Below are positions 9,092-20,233 of a stretch of DNA of 64,000 nt, piece by piece. How positions within the stretch are numbered: the stretch's first letter is position 1; every line of letters starts with the position of its first letter. Source of the stretch: an uncultured Nitrososphaerales archaeon (GTDB taxonomy: Archaea; Thermoproteota; Nitrososphaeria; Nitrososphaerales; Nitrososphaeraceae); the NCBI GenBank assembly GCA_963841565.1, contig CAWJCY010000012.1, positions 294,612 to 358,611 on the forward strand. Direction: 5' to 3'. Made by a program: the position numbers and the translations under genes. The notes beneath the pieces were generated by a model. The model saw only the letters and a list, made by a program, of their open reading frames with translations. It was not told where the DNA came from and did no database searches.

Positions 9092-10678
9092 GTGGACGAA
9101 AGAATGTACGGTAAGATAGGAAATAAGTTTAAATTGCCCTTTTCTCGACTATCGCCTATTGTTGAAAAGGTAAGAATTTTCGATACCACCCTTAGAGATG
9201 GTGAGCAGACACCTGGCGTTTCCGTGAGCCCCGAACAAAAGTTGCAAATTGCTATTAAATTGGATGAATTAGGGGTAGATGCCATCGAGGCTGGATTCCC
9301 CATTGTATCGCAAGGGGAAAGGCAAGCGATTAAAAGTATCGTTAAACAGGGATTGCACGCCGAAGTATGTGGTTTGGCTAGAACCGTACAGGAGGACATA
9401 GACGTTGCACTTGGCTGCGATCTAGGCTACCTTCACTTATTCATTGCGACCTCAGATATCCACATGAAATTCAAGCTGAAGATGAACAGAGAGCAAGTAC
9501 TAGAAAAGGCTGTATGGGCTGTAGATTATGCAAAGAAACACGGGGTTCAAGTAGAGTTTTCAGCCGAGGATGCTACTAGATCAGAGACCGGTTTCATGAA
9601 GGAAGTGTTTGCAGCCGTTTCGGAATCTGGAGCTGACCGATTGGATATTCCTGATACAGTAGGCTATTCAACCCCTGATTATATATCAAGGCTCGTCAAA
9701 GACGTAACGACTATTTCGCCGCTACCAATAAGTATGCATTGTCATGATGATTTGGGCCTCGCTGTTGCCAACACAATAGCTGGGATAAATGCAGGAGCGA
9801 CCTGTGCTCAAGTAACCGTAAACGGAATAGGGGAGAGAGCTGGAAACGCTTCACTAGAAGAGGTTGTTATGGCGCTTCAGTGCCTATACAAGAGATCACA
9901 TGGAATAAAGACTGAGTTACTGTACGAGACTTCAAAATTCGTTTCAAATGCAATGGGAATAATTGTTCAGCCAAATAAAGCCATTATCGGAGAAAACGCA
10001 TTTGGTCATGAATCGGGTATTCATACACACGGTATAATAAACAATCCATTAACTTACGAGCCGATCGGTCCGGAGTTAGTAGGGAGAAAAAGATGGCTTC
10101 AAGCAGGCAAACACGCTGGTGCCCATGGTATAAGAGCAATGCTAGAAGAATTTGGAGTAAAACCTGATGATGAACAGCTTAAACAAATTTTGGAGAGGCA
10201 GAAAAATATTGCTGATCTGGGAAAATCAATCACGACCAGCGAATTACTTTCTATCGCAAGTAAGGTAATGAAAAATAGCACATTCCAAGAAAAATTCCAG
10301 CTCCGTGATTTTCATACAGTAACTGGCATAAACATCATCCCAACAGCAGTTGTCAAGATCAACACCGGCGAGAGAGATGTAATATCCTCTGAAATTGGGG
10401 TAGGGCCTGTGGATGCGGCGTTAAAGGCTATCCAAAAGATAGTGGGCCAATTAGAAGATGTGAAAATTAGAGAATATCGACTCGAGTCAATAACTGGGGG
10501 ATCCGACGCAACTGCAGAAGTAGTTGTTAAGATCGAGGATAGTGAAGGCCATATTGTTTCATCCCGGAAAACAGGAGAAGACATAGTGATAGCTTCGGTC
10601 TACGCTATGATGGATGCTACTAATAAGATGTTACTGAGAAAAGTTATCTTATCCGGAGACGCTATCTCAACTCACTAG
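9092..10678 (+). CDS. leuA: 2-isopropylmalate synthase / citramalate synthase (LeuA/CimA family); start uncertain
   Basis: DTTLRDGEQ, HCHDDLG, GIGERAGN, HESGIH and C-terminal allosteric domain (GVGPVDA). Confidence 0.9.
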   Translation: MDERMYGKIGNKFKLPFSRLSPIVEKVRIFDTTLRDGEQTPGVSVSPEQKLQIAIKLDELGVDAIEAGFPIVSQGERQAIKSIVKQGLHAEVCGLARTVQEDIDVALGCDLGYLHLFIATSDIHMKFKLKMNREQVLEKAVWAVDYAKKHGVQVEFSAEDATRSETGFMKEVFAAVSESGADRLDIPDTVGYSTPDYISRLVKDVTTISPLPISMHCHDDLGLAVANTIAGINAGATCAQVTVNGIGERAGNASLEEVVMALQCLYKRSHGIKTELLYETSKFVSNAMGIIVQPNKAIIGENAFGHESGIHTHGIINNPLTYEPIGPELVGRKRWLQAGKHAGAHGIRAMLEEFGVKPDDEQLKQILERQKNIADLGKSITTSELLSIASKVMKNSTFQEKFQLRDFHTVTGINIIPTAVVKINTGERDVISSEIGVGPVDAALKAIQKIVGQLEDVKIREYRLESITGGSDATAEVVVKIEDSEGHIVSSRKTGEDIVIASVYAMMDATNKMLLRKVILSGDAISTH

Positions 10679-10956
10679 TTTTTTCAGCATTCAAATTTAC
10701 AGTTTATACAATCAGGATCGACAATCTAACTATGGGTACTTCTGATTACTGTTAAAAGGCGGGATTAATTGACAAATTCAAAGCATTGCAAATTGGTGGG
10801 GTAGCTGGCGTCATCATTCTCCATATTGATAATTGTTCTCTACTTTACAGAAATTTATACGTCCAATTACTTGTTTGATTCTTCACGAAACGGCATCGGG
10901 TCTGAGATTTAGTCAGCAGGGAATGTACTTATATGTAAATATGAACTAGTGGGCTC

Positions 10957-11475
10957 ATGAATGCTTCGTTAAAAGATTTTCATGGTACTCTTTTAGGTGT
11001 GCTTTCAGTTTGCGGTGTTTTGCTCTCATACCAGGCATTGTTTCAAATTGGAGAGCCTGCAAGCGCTGTTCTCATTCATGGAGGAGGAGCTGGGCTTGTG
11101 ACGTGTTCTGATGGCTCGACATTCAACACGAATATTTCATTTACTGCGCTGTCCTCTAATGGCACAGTAACTGGAAATTGGACTCTGTACAGCTTTGATA
11201 CAGGAAATGCTGGGTTAGTAGTCGGTGGACCAATAAATTCGGGAAATCTTTCAGTTTCCGAGTACCACATAGTCGGAAACAGTCCCGATGAGCAAAATAT
11301 GATTGCATTATGTTCTCCTCCCTTATTTGGTCCTGTTACGATAAGTGGTTTATGCGGGCATGAAGAAACAATTACTGCACATTTTAGGTCCAATGACCCT
11401 CTAAGTGCAGAACAAACTTTTACAGGATCTTCTGATTGCCAAAATGGAGATACGCCAATCTTAGAAACAGGGTAA
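10957..11475 (+). CDS. secreted hypothetical protein
   Basis: signal-like N-terminus; Gly/Ser/Thr-rich body with paired Cys. Confidence 0.65.
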   Translation: MNASLKDFHGTLLGVLSVCGVLLSYQALFQIGEPASAVLIHGGGAGLVTCSDGSTFNTNISFTALSSNGTVTGNWTLYSFDTGNAGLVVGGPINSGNLSVSEYHIVGNSPDEQNMIALCSPPLFGPVTISGLCGHEETITAHFRSNDPLSAEQTFTGSSDCQNGDTPILETG

Positions 11476-11816
11476 AAAAATCTTGCTGTAAGAATCATTG
11501 GTATGAATGCATGCATGCATGCATGTTTGGTCTGAGCAATTGACCATATAAATGAGGATTATATGAGATCAATACAAATGCGCAACAACTTGAGCCTATG
11601 ACTCGCATTAATAGTATATTACAAAATGCTCATGGGCGAAAAGCATTGCCACCCTAGTAATTGATATAATTTGTAGTCTACTACCCATATTGCTATTATG
11701 AAGTTGCCGCGCGTTCTACCTGATTTCGTCCTTTCATTTAAGTACTGATACCTTGCTGGATTCAACTTTGCAAATTGGTTTCAACACTACCATTAAAAGT
11801 ATGCAAGGTATGATTG

Positions 11817-12806
11817 CTATGGCAGAAAGATGTCTCCAGTGTATATATTCGAGGTGGGTGTTGATGACATATCAGTCAAGGAGCTTTGATTTATCCCATA
11901 ATGTTCTGAGCCAAGCATCGGAGTGTTCAATAGATCAGAACCTGCATCCAAGAACTCTAGCGGTGACAATTCTAATTGAGCAGTGGCATTGTTAGACATT
12001 TGCTTCGTTAAGGTCTCGGCTGAAGTGCTCATCGCACTTGAGTTTCTGGAAGTTTGGGTCAATGGAAGAGCCTTTACTTTAATTTCTGAGACTACTGGAT
12101 CAACATCGCCATCATCACCATCGACATAAAAATCTGAAACACCTGGGATCGTGAGTTGTATGAATCTGCCGGCCAGACTATCAAATTCATTAGTTGACCA
12201 AGAATTAGGGATTGATCCACTTGTAGGTTCGTTGATAACTTTATGGAGACTCTTAGTACCATTTGAAACAGCCACAGAGAAGCCATTTTCGATCTCTGCG
12301 TTATCATTTAAATGCACGTCTATATTGCAAATTTTCTTGATCATGCCTAGGTCCATACCTATCAAAATATCAGAACCAGAATGATCCCACCAGGCTGCAG
12401 GGATTTGATTTGACTGTCCTAAATTATTGGTCGAGTCTGACCCATCAGATTCTTCCGCTGAAGCACGAAAATTAAAATTACTAATTTCCTCTTTTTCATC
12501 ACTTATCTGACAATTATCCTGACTACGGGTGCTCATCGGATCGTTACGTAATAATATTTCTCCAGAAAACAATTGGGGAATTCCTAATCCCTTTCCTACA
12601 GTAGAACACTCGCTTCCAAGGCAAGCCTCTATCAAGCACTGGTCTTCATTATTTTCGCAGTTAAGCTCAAGCTCATTTTCTGATGCTGCTCTGGCCTGAT
12701 CGGAGAATGTGAACTGGCCTGTGGTTCTATCAGTGGTTGAAATAACAGACACTATAATTAGTACAAATGTTAGAAAAACACAAGTTATGGGTCTTGCAGA
12801 TTCCAT
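11817..12806 (-). CDS. secreted protein with degenerate F5/8 type C (discoidin-like) domain
   Basis: signal peptide; MDLGMIKKICNIDV...FSVAVS...GRFIQLT...SEIKV parallels the discoidin repeats at 59.4-62.4 kb. Confidence 0.7.
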   Translation of the reverse strand: MESARPITCVFLTFVLIIVSVISTTDRTTGQFTFSDQARAASENELELNCENNEDQCLIEACLGSECSTVGKGLGIPQLFSGEILLRNDPMSTRSQDNCQISDEKEEISNFNFRASAEESDGSDSTNNLGQSNQIPAAWWDHSGSDILIGMDLGMIKKICNIDVHLNDNAEIENGFSVAVSNGTKSLHKVINEPTSGSIPNSWSTNEFDSLAGRFIQLTIPGVSDFYVDGDDGDVDPVVSEIKVKALPLTQTSRNSSAMSTSAETLTKQMSNNATAQLELSPLEFLDAGSDLLNTPMLGSEHYGINQSSLTDMSSTPTSNIYTGDIFLP

Positions 12807-13221
12807 TTGTATTAGGAGTGTGAATTCTCCGTATTAGTGGATTAATGATGAATTGATATAGCTTTTCAATACATGTATGCTACTTGAGTACCCTTTAGGC
12901 ATATGGATAATTATGATTTGACTCTAACCAAGTTATGTTTGAATATAGTAGAGTGCTTTCTTTCAGACTGTCAGAAATGAGATAAACATTGATATTTCTA
13001 ATATTAAGCATAGTAGCGTCGCATTCTCTAACTAGAAAATGACTCATTACGATTAGAGTATCCATTACATTCCTGATATGTCAATTTGGCCACCCAGATT
13101 CCTAAAAGGAGGTAAGGAAAGTGGTAGATTAACATCACTTACATTCACTTCGTAACCACAGAAGTCTCAAGAACAAAATTCATATCTAGCATATCACTGC
13201 TCAGACTACAGTATCGGGCAT

Positions 13222-13452
13222 TTGGTAGTATACAAAAATCAGCTCATTGTTTTCATGGGGCTCGCTGCAGCCGTTGGTACCTTTGGCATAGTCGAGTCTG
13301 CATATCTATCTTCCTTCGTTTTCTTTGTATTGGGAATAGCCAATTATGCCATGGCAGCATTCTTCGCCTTTAAGTACTTTACATATGGCCGAGGAGTACA
13401 AAAGTCGCAGAATTCACACAAGCCCAAGAATAAGCGTTCTGACAGGCGATGA
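13222..13452 (+). CDS. small two-TM membrane protein
   Basis: two hydrophobic segments and a basic tail. Confidence 0.55.
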   Translation: MVVYKNQLIVFMGLAAAVGTFGIVESAYLSSFVFFVLGIANYAMAAFFAFKYFTYGRGVQKSQNSHKPKNKRSDRR

Positions 13453-13723
13453 AATATAATCCAAGTGGCAGCGTCTAAGAATGCACTGCCAATGATTAAA
13501 TTCCGAGGATACAGAACACGACCCAAAATGGCTTGACCGAATGCATTAGTGGAAAAAGGATTAATTTAGTTGACGCAAACGTGATTTTTCCAACTCTGTA
13601 AACTCTCAATTTTAGATTTGATGCGGTTTTGTAGAATTGATTAAAGTTAAAATATTAGTCTAAGGCTTAAGGCCTGGCCAACTATAGTAAACAAGATTCT
13701 GCTCTGCACCGTAGAGCCACGGT

Positions 13724-14482
13724 TTAAGTTCTCGACACATTAGCTAAGACATCATCAATGGCCTGTTTGAACACAGTGTATGGTTGCGCTCCTTCAATGG
13801 CAATTGGCACCGTCTCGTTAGAAATTATGACAAACGACGGTGTAGATCTAAGTCCAATACCATTGGCAAGCTGTGTATTTGCTTCGACTAAATTCCGATG
13901 GGTATGATTCTCAAGGCATCCAGAAAACTCTGTGAGATTCTGAATTCCGATTCTAGTTGCAAATTTTTTCAAACTATCCTCGGTTACCCAGCCTGTGTTT
14001 TCTCCGCGGGAATTATCGTACAGTTCGTCATGGTACTGCCAATATTTGCCTTGGTCTGCAGCACAATAAGAAGCCTCAGCTGCCAGCGTAGATGCACGGT
14101 CAGTTGGTAGATCATTAATCACAAAGTCTTTGAACACAAATCTAAGCTTGCCAGTATTTACGAAATTATTCATGATTTGATCCTTAGTTTCGTTATGAAA
14201 TCTCGCACAATACTGACACTGATAATCACCGAATTCCACCATAGTCACGTTAGACGACCCACCTTCGGAGGCAAGGACAGGAACGTTCTCAGATATAGGA
14301 GCAATTATCCGCTGAATAACCTCGCTATTATCTTGTTTATTCAAAGCCGTAGAGGGAGAATTCATTAGAACAGCGGCTACAGCACCCCCTACCATAATGA
14401 TAGCAAGTGCAACCCCGACTATCAGAGCTTTCCTATTTATTCTTCTCTTATCAGTCCTGTGTTTCCTTCCGCCCTTCGCCAA
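13724..14482 (-). CDS. DsbA/BdbD-family thiol-disulfide oxidoreductase, membrane anchored
   Basis: EFGDYQCQYC, AAEASYCA.DQGKYW, STPSF, GAQPY. Confidence 0.92.
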   Translation of the reverse strand: MAKGGRKHRTDKRRINRKALIVGVALAIIMVGGAVAAVLMNSPSTALNKQDNSEVIQRIIAPISENVPVLASEGGSSNVTMVEFGDYQCQYCARFHNETKDQIMNNFVNTGKLRFVFKDFVINDLPTDRASTLAAEASYCAADQGKYWQYHDELYDNSRGENTGWVTEDSLKKFATRIGIQNLTEFSGCLENHTHRNLVEANTQLANGIGLRSTPSFVIISNETVPIAIEGAQPYTVFKQAIDDVLANVSRT

Positions 14483-14901
14483 TTATTCAGTGATCATTGT
14501 CGACTCAAGCCACTTAAAAGTCATGACGATGCCCTTAAAATGTCGAGAATATCTCAGCAAATCCTATTGATAATAAGGTATTAGTGAATGATGCGGATTC
14601 TGATAATGAAGATGTAATTTGTTAAATATTAACCAAAGATATTCGCTATTTGAGATAGTCTAAGGCAATAATTTAAGGAATGTAATTGTTGAGATATCGG
14701 ATCATTCTTATGAGATTCTGCACTGCATGAGTAATATCGAATGGTATTTTTCAATGACCAATTGATTACAAAAAAACTTGTCCATGGCGATGATCGGAAG
14801 AAAGGCCCCGAGTAATCAGTCCTCTTTGACTAAAAGAATTAGCTAATTGATAACGGAAGTAATTCTATAAAAGCAAAAAAAAAGTATTTGAATTATCTTG
14901 A

Positions 14902-15243
14902 CTAAGGACAGTCTTCAGCAGTGTTTCCGGGAATTTGCATGCAATCTTCTCTTTCATTTACGCCTGTAGCATCAAACGCGGTGTTGTTAGGATTACTAAT
15001 GTCAGTGTCATTTGCCAAAATAGCCTGATCACTTCCGGCCTCTGCCTCAAGTCCCGCGGCTGTCTCTGGACCCGTTTGGTTACTTTGTTCCGTGAAAGGA
15101 GATTCAGGCTCATCTGTAACCCCTGCTTCACCAGGTGGGCCTTCTTGGGCATAGATTGTATTCAAATACGGGGTGTTCAACAAGATTGCCGATAATGTGA
15201 ATATAGTCGACAGTATTCCTACGATGGTAGCTTTCTTGTTCAT
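14902..15243 (-). CDS. secreted acidic hypothetical protein
   Basis: signal peptide ending IYAQ; acidic body; C-terminal Cys pair. Confidence 0.65.
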   Translation of the reverse strand: MNKKATIVGILSTIFTLSAILLNTPYLNTIYAQEGPPGEAGVTDEPESPFTEQSNQTGPETAAGLEAEAGSDQAILANDTDISNPNNTAFDATGVNEREDCMQIPGNTAEDCP

Positions 15244-15446
15244 TATTTCTAGATGGCAGAGAAATACTACTTAAGTATTTTGATTGCACTAGTCGCCAAC
15301 TTGAAAGATTATACTTTTCCGCTGAAGATATGGTGGCCTAAATATAGGGCTTTCCATATTTGCCTTGAATTGAGAATCAACCAACAATAATGTTAGAAAA
15401 AAATTCAATGAGCTCTCATGAGATGCTCTTAGCTGACTCCACTTCC

Positions 15447-15770
15447 CTAATTTGAAATGGATGTTTTTACAAACTTTTCATAGGTCTGTTCTGTAGCAGC
15501 TCCGACTGTCCGCGCAATCTCTTTTCCTTCTCTAAAAATCAAAAGAGATGGAATGGATCTAATCCCATAGTTCAGAGCAATCTCCTGATTTTCATCTACG
15601 TTCAGTTTAACTATTTTGATCTCATCCGACATTATTTCACCGAGCTTTTCGAGAATAGGAGTAACCATTCTACAGGGACCACACCACTCCGCCCAAAAGT
15701 CGACGAGAACTGGAGTATCTGATTTTAAAACGTCATTCTCCCACGTTTGTTTGGAAGTCGCTACTACCAT
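15447..15770 (-). CDS. trxA: thioredoxin
   Basis: DFWAEWCGPC, IRSIP; start placed at ATG 15770. Confidence 0.95.
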   Translation of the reverse strand: MVVATSKQTWENDVLKSDTPVLVDFWAEWCGPCRMVTPILEKLGEIMSDEIKIVKLNVDENQEIALNYGIRSIPSLLIFREGKEIARTVGAATEQTYEKFVKTSISN

Positions 15771-16001
15771 TTGAAAGAGATAATGCTTTTGATGAATATA
15801 AACCAATTATCTGTCTTGGGCTGAAGAATAGGCGTAACCGTTCACGAGCTAAATTAATGACGAAAGAATGCATTCCTTCATTGAATTACTTATTCAGGCA
15901 TTGTATTGGAAGAGGATGTCCTATTACTAACTTCCTCAGAAAACTTCATTGTTATATTGATGACTGCCACAGACCATAACTTGAACTCTTAAAGAAAGCC
16001 A

Positions 16002-16286
16002 TTATTCGCGAGCTACAGGGCGAAGATCGTCCTCTATCTCGCTGAACAACTGCAAACATCGATACCCTTTCTTGGTCAATTCGTAAAACGGATATGGTTT
16101 GAAATCGGTCAAAATAAGCAGTCTGATGCCGACCAAATTTTCGAGATACTTGACTGTCTGCGGATGGGTCAGTTTAGCGCCATGACCAATGCTGGTTTGA
16201 CTTCGCAGAGTTCTAAAAAGTGGCTGGGTGGTATAGACTATCTTGAGGATGTCCCTAACTATGTCATGATGATCGCGCTGAGGCAT
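16002..16286 (-). CDS. small winged-helix DNA-binding protein
   Basis: RDHHDIVRDIL...KYLENLV...YELTKKG. Confidence 0.75.
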   Translation of the reverse strand: MPQRDHHDIVRDILKIVYTTQPLFRTLRSQTSIGHGAKLTHPQTVKYLENLVGIRLLILTDFKPYPFYELTKKGYRCLQLFSEIEDDLRPVARE

Positions 16287-16488
16287 TAGTTGAGGAGTTA
16301 TTAGTTTGGTACCATAAATGAGAGTTGTGCATTTGAACAGGCTAACCGACTATGGATTAAGTTTATCATACATCAAAAGATTGTAGCTATTGGATTCCCA
16401 ATTTATCTATAATTAATACCCTCGTATACCAAAACGATAACTAAAGCATCGGAATGTGATTTTCTCTATTTCTTGCTGTTGACTTTGA

Positions 16489-16683
16489 TCAGCGCTTGGT
16501 CTCTGGAGCCATTTCAGTCTGGTTTGTGTATAGCATGGTATCATTAACTACAGTTTCGTTCTGTGCCAGCACTGATGCCTCACTCAGGAGACTCCACGAT
16601 GTAAGTCCTGCCACTGCGAACGCCAATACTGCGAATACAGCTACAGCCACTAACTTTAGGGAATTATTCATATTTGTCCCCAA
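16489..16683 (-). CDS. small secreted hypothetical protein
   Basis: signal-like hydrophobic N-terminus ending VLAQ. Confidence 0.5.
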   Translation of the reverse strand: MGTNMNNSLKLVAVAVFAVLAFAVAGLTSWSLLSEASVLAQNETVVNDTMLYTNQTEMAPETKR

Positions 16684-17087
16684 GATTAGTATATTAGGTA
16701 TGGTAATATTTAAGGTAGCTCTAAGTCATCATCATCATCGTCATCACCACTGCTGTCATTAATATTCCTAGATCATAATGGTCTGTACCTGTATTCTCGT
16801 TCTAATTGATGGAAATAGTTGGGATGATAAGTAAGGGTCTCACATGAAACACATTACTTTGCAGATCCTTTCGAACCACCTGAGTGGCGATCTCAGTGGG
16901 TCCAGAGATTACAATTACCAGAGAATGAACAAAAAGAGTAAAAAAGCAGATAAACGGTCTTGGTCTTAGCCTCAGTTTCAGTCTCAGCCAACGTTTAACC
17001 TAAGTGAGTCTATTTTTTATATACGTCTAGGCGTCAGACAAACCATTTTATTATACGCAAGGCCGATAGTATGATTGAGCCACAAGA

Positions 17088-18278
17088 TTGACAGATAAGC
17101 TGTCTCACTATAGCACGCTTGAAATAGAACCCTCCGATTTGAAGAACAAGATGGATTCTGGTGAAAATTTATACATTTTGGACGTTCGGACCCCAGAGGA
17201 ATACAAGAGCTGGAAGATTGGTTACGATAAACATGTAGAGCCCTCTCTCGTACCTTTGGACAAATTATCCTCCAATGAACAAATCAGAAATATCCCCAAA
17301 GATAGAGAGGTGATCACTGTTTGTTCTCATGGGATGAGATCAAAGATGGCTGCAGAATACCTATCTCAACTCGGATACAATGCCAAGAGTATAAGAGGGG
17401 GGATGGTTGCTTGGAATAAAATTAATGATCTGGCATTAATACCATCTCGAACAGATCTCAACTTGAAGATCTGGCAGATAAGACGCATTTCAAAGGGATG
17501 CATGACCTATTTGATTTCATATTTTAATGACGCAGTTGTAATTGACCCCCCATGTAGTTCGGCAGCTTCAATTTACGAGATTGCGAAAAAGAGTAACCTT
17601 CGAATCAAGGCTCTAATCGAAACACATAGACATGCAGATCACATGTCTGCTTCGATGACTATCGCTAAGGAAACTGGTGCCACTCTTTACCTTAGCCCTA
17701 TGGAAGAATATGAAACAGAACAAACCAAGACGAACGGATTAGACATGACTTTCCTTGATGATGGCCAGAGGATCGAAATCTCTAATGGGATATCCCTTGA
17801 TGTAATCCACACACCCGGACATACAGTTGGGAGTATGTCTTTCAAATTAGAAACCCTATCAGATGGGAACGAACATGGCAAAAGAGAAACTTTTCTCTTC
17901 AGCGGGGATACGCTCTTTGTTGATGGGATCGGAAGGCCTGATCTGCATGATAAGGTCGACGAGTTTTCCCGAACTCTTTTTCTTACCTACAAGAAGCTCG
18001 CGTCATTACCTGATGACGCAATAGTATTGCCCTCCCACTACAGCAAGAGTATGAAGCACGAAGATCCGATATTCAAATCGATTGGCGAAATAAAAGCATA
18101 TGTAAAGGCGTTTAGAATGAATGAAGGTGAATTCATCAGTCATTTGGCATCTAGTATACCTCCTCAACCCATGAATTACAAGAGAATATTGCGGCTAAAC
18201 AAAGATCTGCTACTATGCAATAATTTGCAACTAGACGATTTAGAAGCAGGACCGAATTCATGCGAAATCCCAGGTTGA
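17088..18278 (+). CDS. rhodanese + metallo-beta-lactamase-fold (persulfide dioxygenase-like) fusion
   Basis: LDVR..EEY and CSHGMRS (rhodanese); THRHADH, HTPGHT, SGDTLF, GRPDL (MBL). Confidence 0.9.
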   Translation: MTDKLSHYSTLEIEPSDLKNKMDSGENLYILDVRTPEEYKSWKIGYDKHVEPSLVPLDKLSSNEQIRNIPKDREVITVCSHGMRSKMAAEYLSQLGYNAKSIRGGMVAWNKINDLALIPSRTDLNLKIWQIRRISKGCMTYLISYFNDAVVIDPPCSSAASIYEIAKKSNLRIKALIETHRHADHMSASMTIAKETGATLYLSPMEEYETEQTKTNGLDMTFLDDGQRIEISNGISLDVIHTPGHTVGSMSFKLETLSDGNEHGKRETFLFSGDTLFVDGIGRPDLHDKVDEFSRTLFLTYKKLASLPDDAIVLPSHYSKSMKHEDPIFKSIGEIKAYVKAFRMNEGEFISHLASSIPPQPMNYKRILRLNKDLLLCNNLQLDDLEAGPNSCEIPG

Positions 18279-18606
18279 AGGACCTTGTTTAATCTTAACT
18301 GACCAGAGATCCTAAACGCGAAGGTAAGCATTGTGAGCTTGCAGCGCAAAAATAATTTTGAGGCACAGCCTCAAAAGTGAGCCAGAATTCAACACCTGTT
18401 GATTTCGTTGCATAATCATTTTTGCTTTCGGGAAGTTATAAATTCAATTTTCAAATCAGATTGCTCCTGCTTAACTTTACAAACTAGAAATAGTATGAAA
18501 AACCAAATTACGGTAACACTCCCACTACCTATGCCAATTCTTCACTTCACTTGCACAATAGAATGAATAAGAACTATAAATAGGCCTAATACATTTGTTT
18601 ATGGTC

Positions 18607-19071
18607 TTACTTGACATGCAATGATCCTGCCACGCTCTCATAGGCCTCTTTCAATTTGGGAACAGTGTCATATCTCCAAAGGTCCTTCATGGTTATCCAT
18701 TTAAATCGGTCATGTTCTCTACTAAGTATTATTTTCCCGCTTTTTGATTGGAAGAGGTATGGATGGATATTATATGAGGTATCTGGATTTTCGGGGTCGA
18801 TTGCAAGAAGTACATTGCCTGACCTCACTAATTGTATTTTGCTGCTGTCCAAACCAGTTTCTTCGTTGATCTCTATAATGGCCTGTGTAAGCGGATCGTT
18901 TTTTTCTAAATAGCCACTCACAGCTCCCCATTTTTCCTTCATAGTTCTCACACTAGTGCTTCGTCTAAGGATTAACACTAGGCCATCAAATTCCAAGAAA
19001 GCAGTTACTACATCGATCACTGTGAGGTTTGGCATCCTTATTTCAACTTTCATAGACACGCCTAATAACAT
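18607..19071 (-). CDS. NUDIX hydrolase
   Basis: Nudix-box-like GYLE...AIIEINEETGL; EHD..KW. Confidence 0.85.
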   Translation of the reverse strand: MLLGVSMKVEIRMPNLTVIDVVTAFLEFDGLVLILRRSTSVRTMKEKWGAVSGYLEKNDPLTQAIIEINEETGLDSSKIQLVRSGNVLLAIDPENPDTSYNIHPYLFQSKSGKIILSREHDRFKWITMKDLWRYDTVPKLKEAYESVAGSLHVK

Positions 19072-19217
19072 TGTCGAGCACTCTACATTCGGGGAGAACC
19101 ATCAATACGTTGGACCGCTATATTATACGAATACTATCGTCCTCTCCTTCGTCTCAGATTTGCCTGGATCTCAATATGTCAGGAACTTCTCTTCAGGAAG
19201 AGTTGATATTGGCTCAA

Positions 19218-20039
19218 TTAGATTTTGACTACTTCCAGATCAGTTTTTTCAAGGGTATCCAAAATGCTCTTTTTGTATTTCCCGAGTCCCTTCCAATCTA
19301 AAAGAACATGTGTTATCCTTTCCGTGCTCCTGCTTATCATTTGCTGAATCATCCTGTAGTCAATGAACTGCAAATTATTCTTGGCCGCAATATAGGTTAC
19401 AGAAAAATCTGTCCCTCGAAGTATCTTGTTTAATTTTTCGGGATAATGTGTTCCACCTAGAGCCAGGGCTACTCTACTAGAACCTCTTACATATAATGAG
19501 GATGAAACCTCTAAAATACTATTGCAAACTACTCGGGCTGCATTAGAGTCCTTCCATTGTTCTGGTCCAGAACCGATTTCGACAAAAATGATGGGTCCTT
19601 TGAGAGATGTAGGTCCGTGATGTGTTGCTTCTAGGGTAATTTGATAATCTGGCACAGAATTTCGGTTTCGATACAATTCATTAAAATATGCCTTCAAAAT
19701 GGAAGGATCAACAATTCCCAATTCATTTGGCTTACCACCGTAAAAAGTATCTTGGGAAAAGTTACCCGTCGAATGACATGTAAGAGAGGCTATTCCGCTT
19801 GCTGATCTATGTCTTGAAAGAAAGACAAATGATGTTGGTCGCTCACTAACGTTGTAATCCTCAAGGAAGAGCGGATCCCCATTTGTAATGTAGAGTTTGA
19901 TATTCCGATATTTGGAAGATTCATAGGTCACAGGATCGCTCCTGGTCATTTGAAAATCCTTGTTTGATGTCAAGAAATTTACCATATTTATACCCGCTTC
20001 ATCTTTTAAGGCTGCAATTAGCGCTATATTTTCTTCCAT
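19218..20039 (-). CDS. dtdA: D-aminoacyl-tRNA deacylase (archaeal DTD2)
   Basis: FLSRH, HSTGNF, EATHHGP, FVEIGS, GGTHY. Confidence 0.92.
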   Translation of the reverse strand: MEENIALIAALKDEAGINMVNFLTSNKDFQMTRSDPVTYESSKYRNIKLYITNGDPLFLEDYNVSERPTSFVFLSRHRSASGIASLTCHSTGNFSQDTFYGGKPNELGIVDPSILKAYFNELYRNRNSVPDYQITLEATHHGPTSLKGPIIFVEIGSGPEQWKDSNAARVVCNSILEVSSSLYVRGSSRVALALGGTHYPEKLNKILRGTDFSVTYIAAKNNLQFIDYRMIQQMISRSTERITHVLLDWKGLGKYKKSILDTLEKTDLEVVKI

Positions 20040-20233
20040 GATAAGGGTGGGATAGCGCCTACTATAAATTCGCTAATAGCTGTTCACTTGATAGCTGATT
20101 ATTTAGTCCTGAGTTCAATTTGCCTCAATGAATCGAGAATTTAGGATAAAGGCTCTAGATTGGCAAATCTACACCAGGATTATGTGACGTAAATTTATAA
20201 AATGCAATAATATACCGTAGATACATTCGCTAA

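Noticed and set aside
11507-11525. (ATGC)n run; similar short repeats at ~16726 (CAT)n, ~16960 and ~44628
   Set aside because: Short microsatellites with no supporting context
16496-16762. His-rich ORF ending HHHHRHHHCCH as a metal-binding peptide
   Set aside because: The His run comes from a (CAT)n microsatellite, and the ORF is antisense to a more plausible signal-peptide gene
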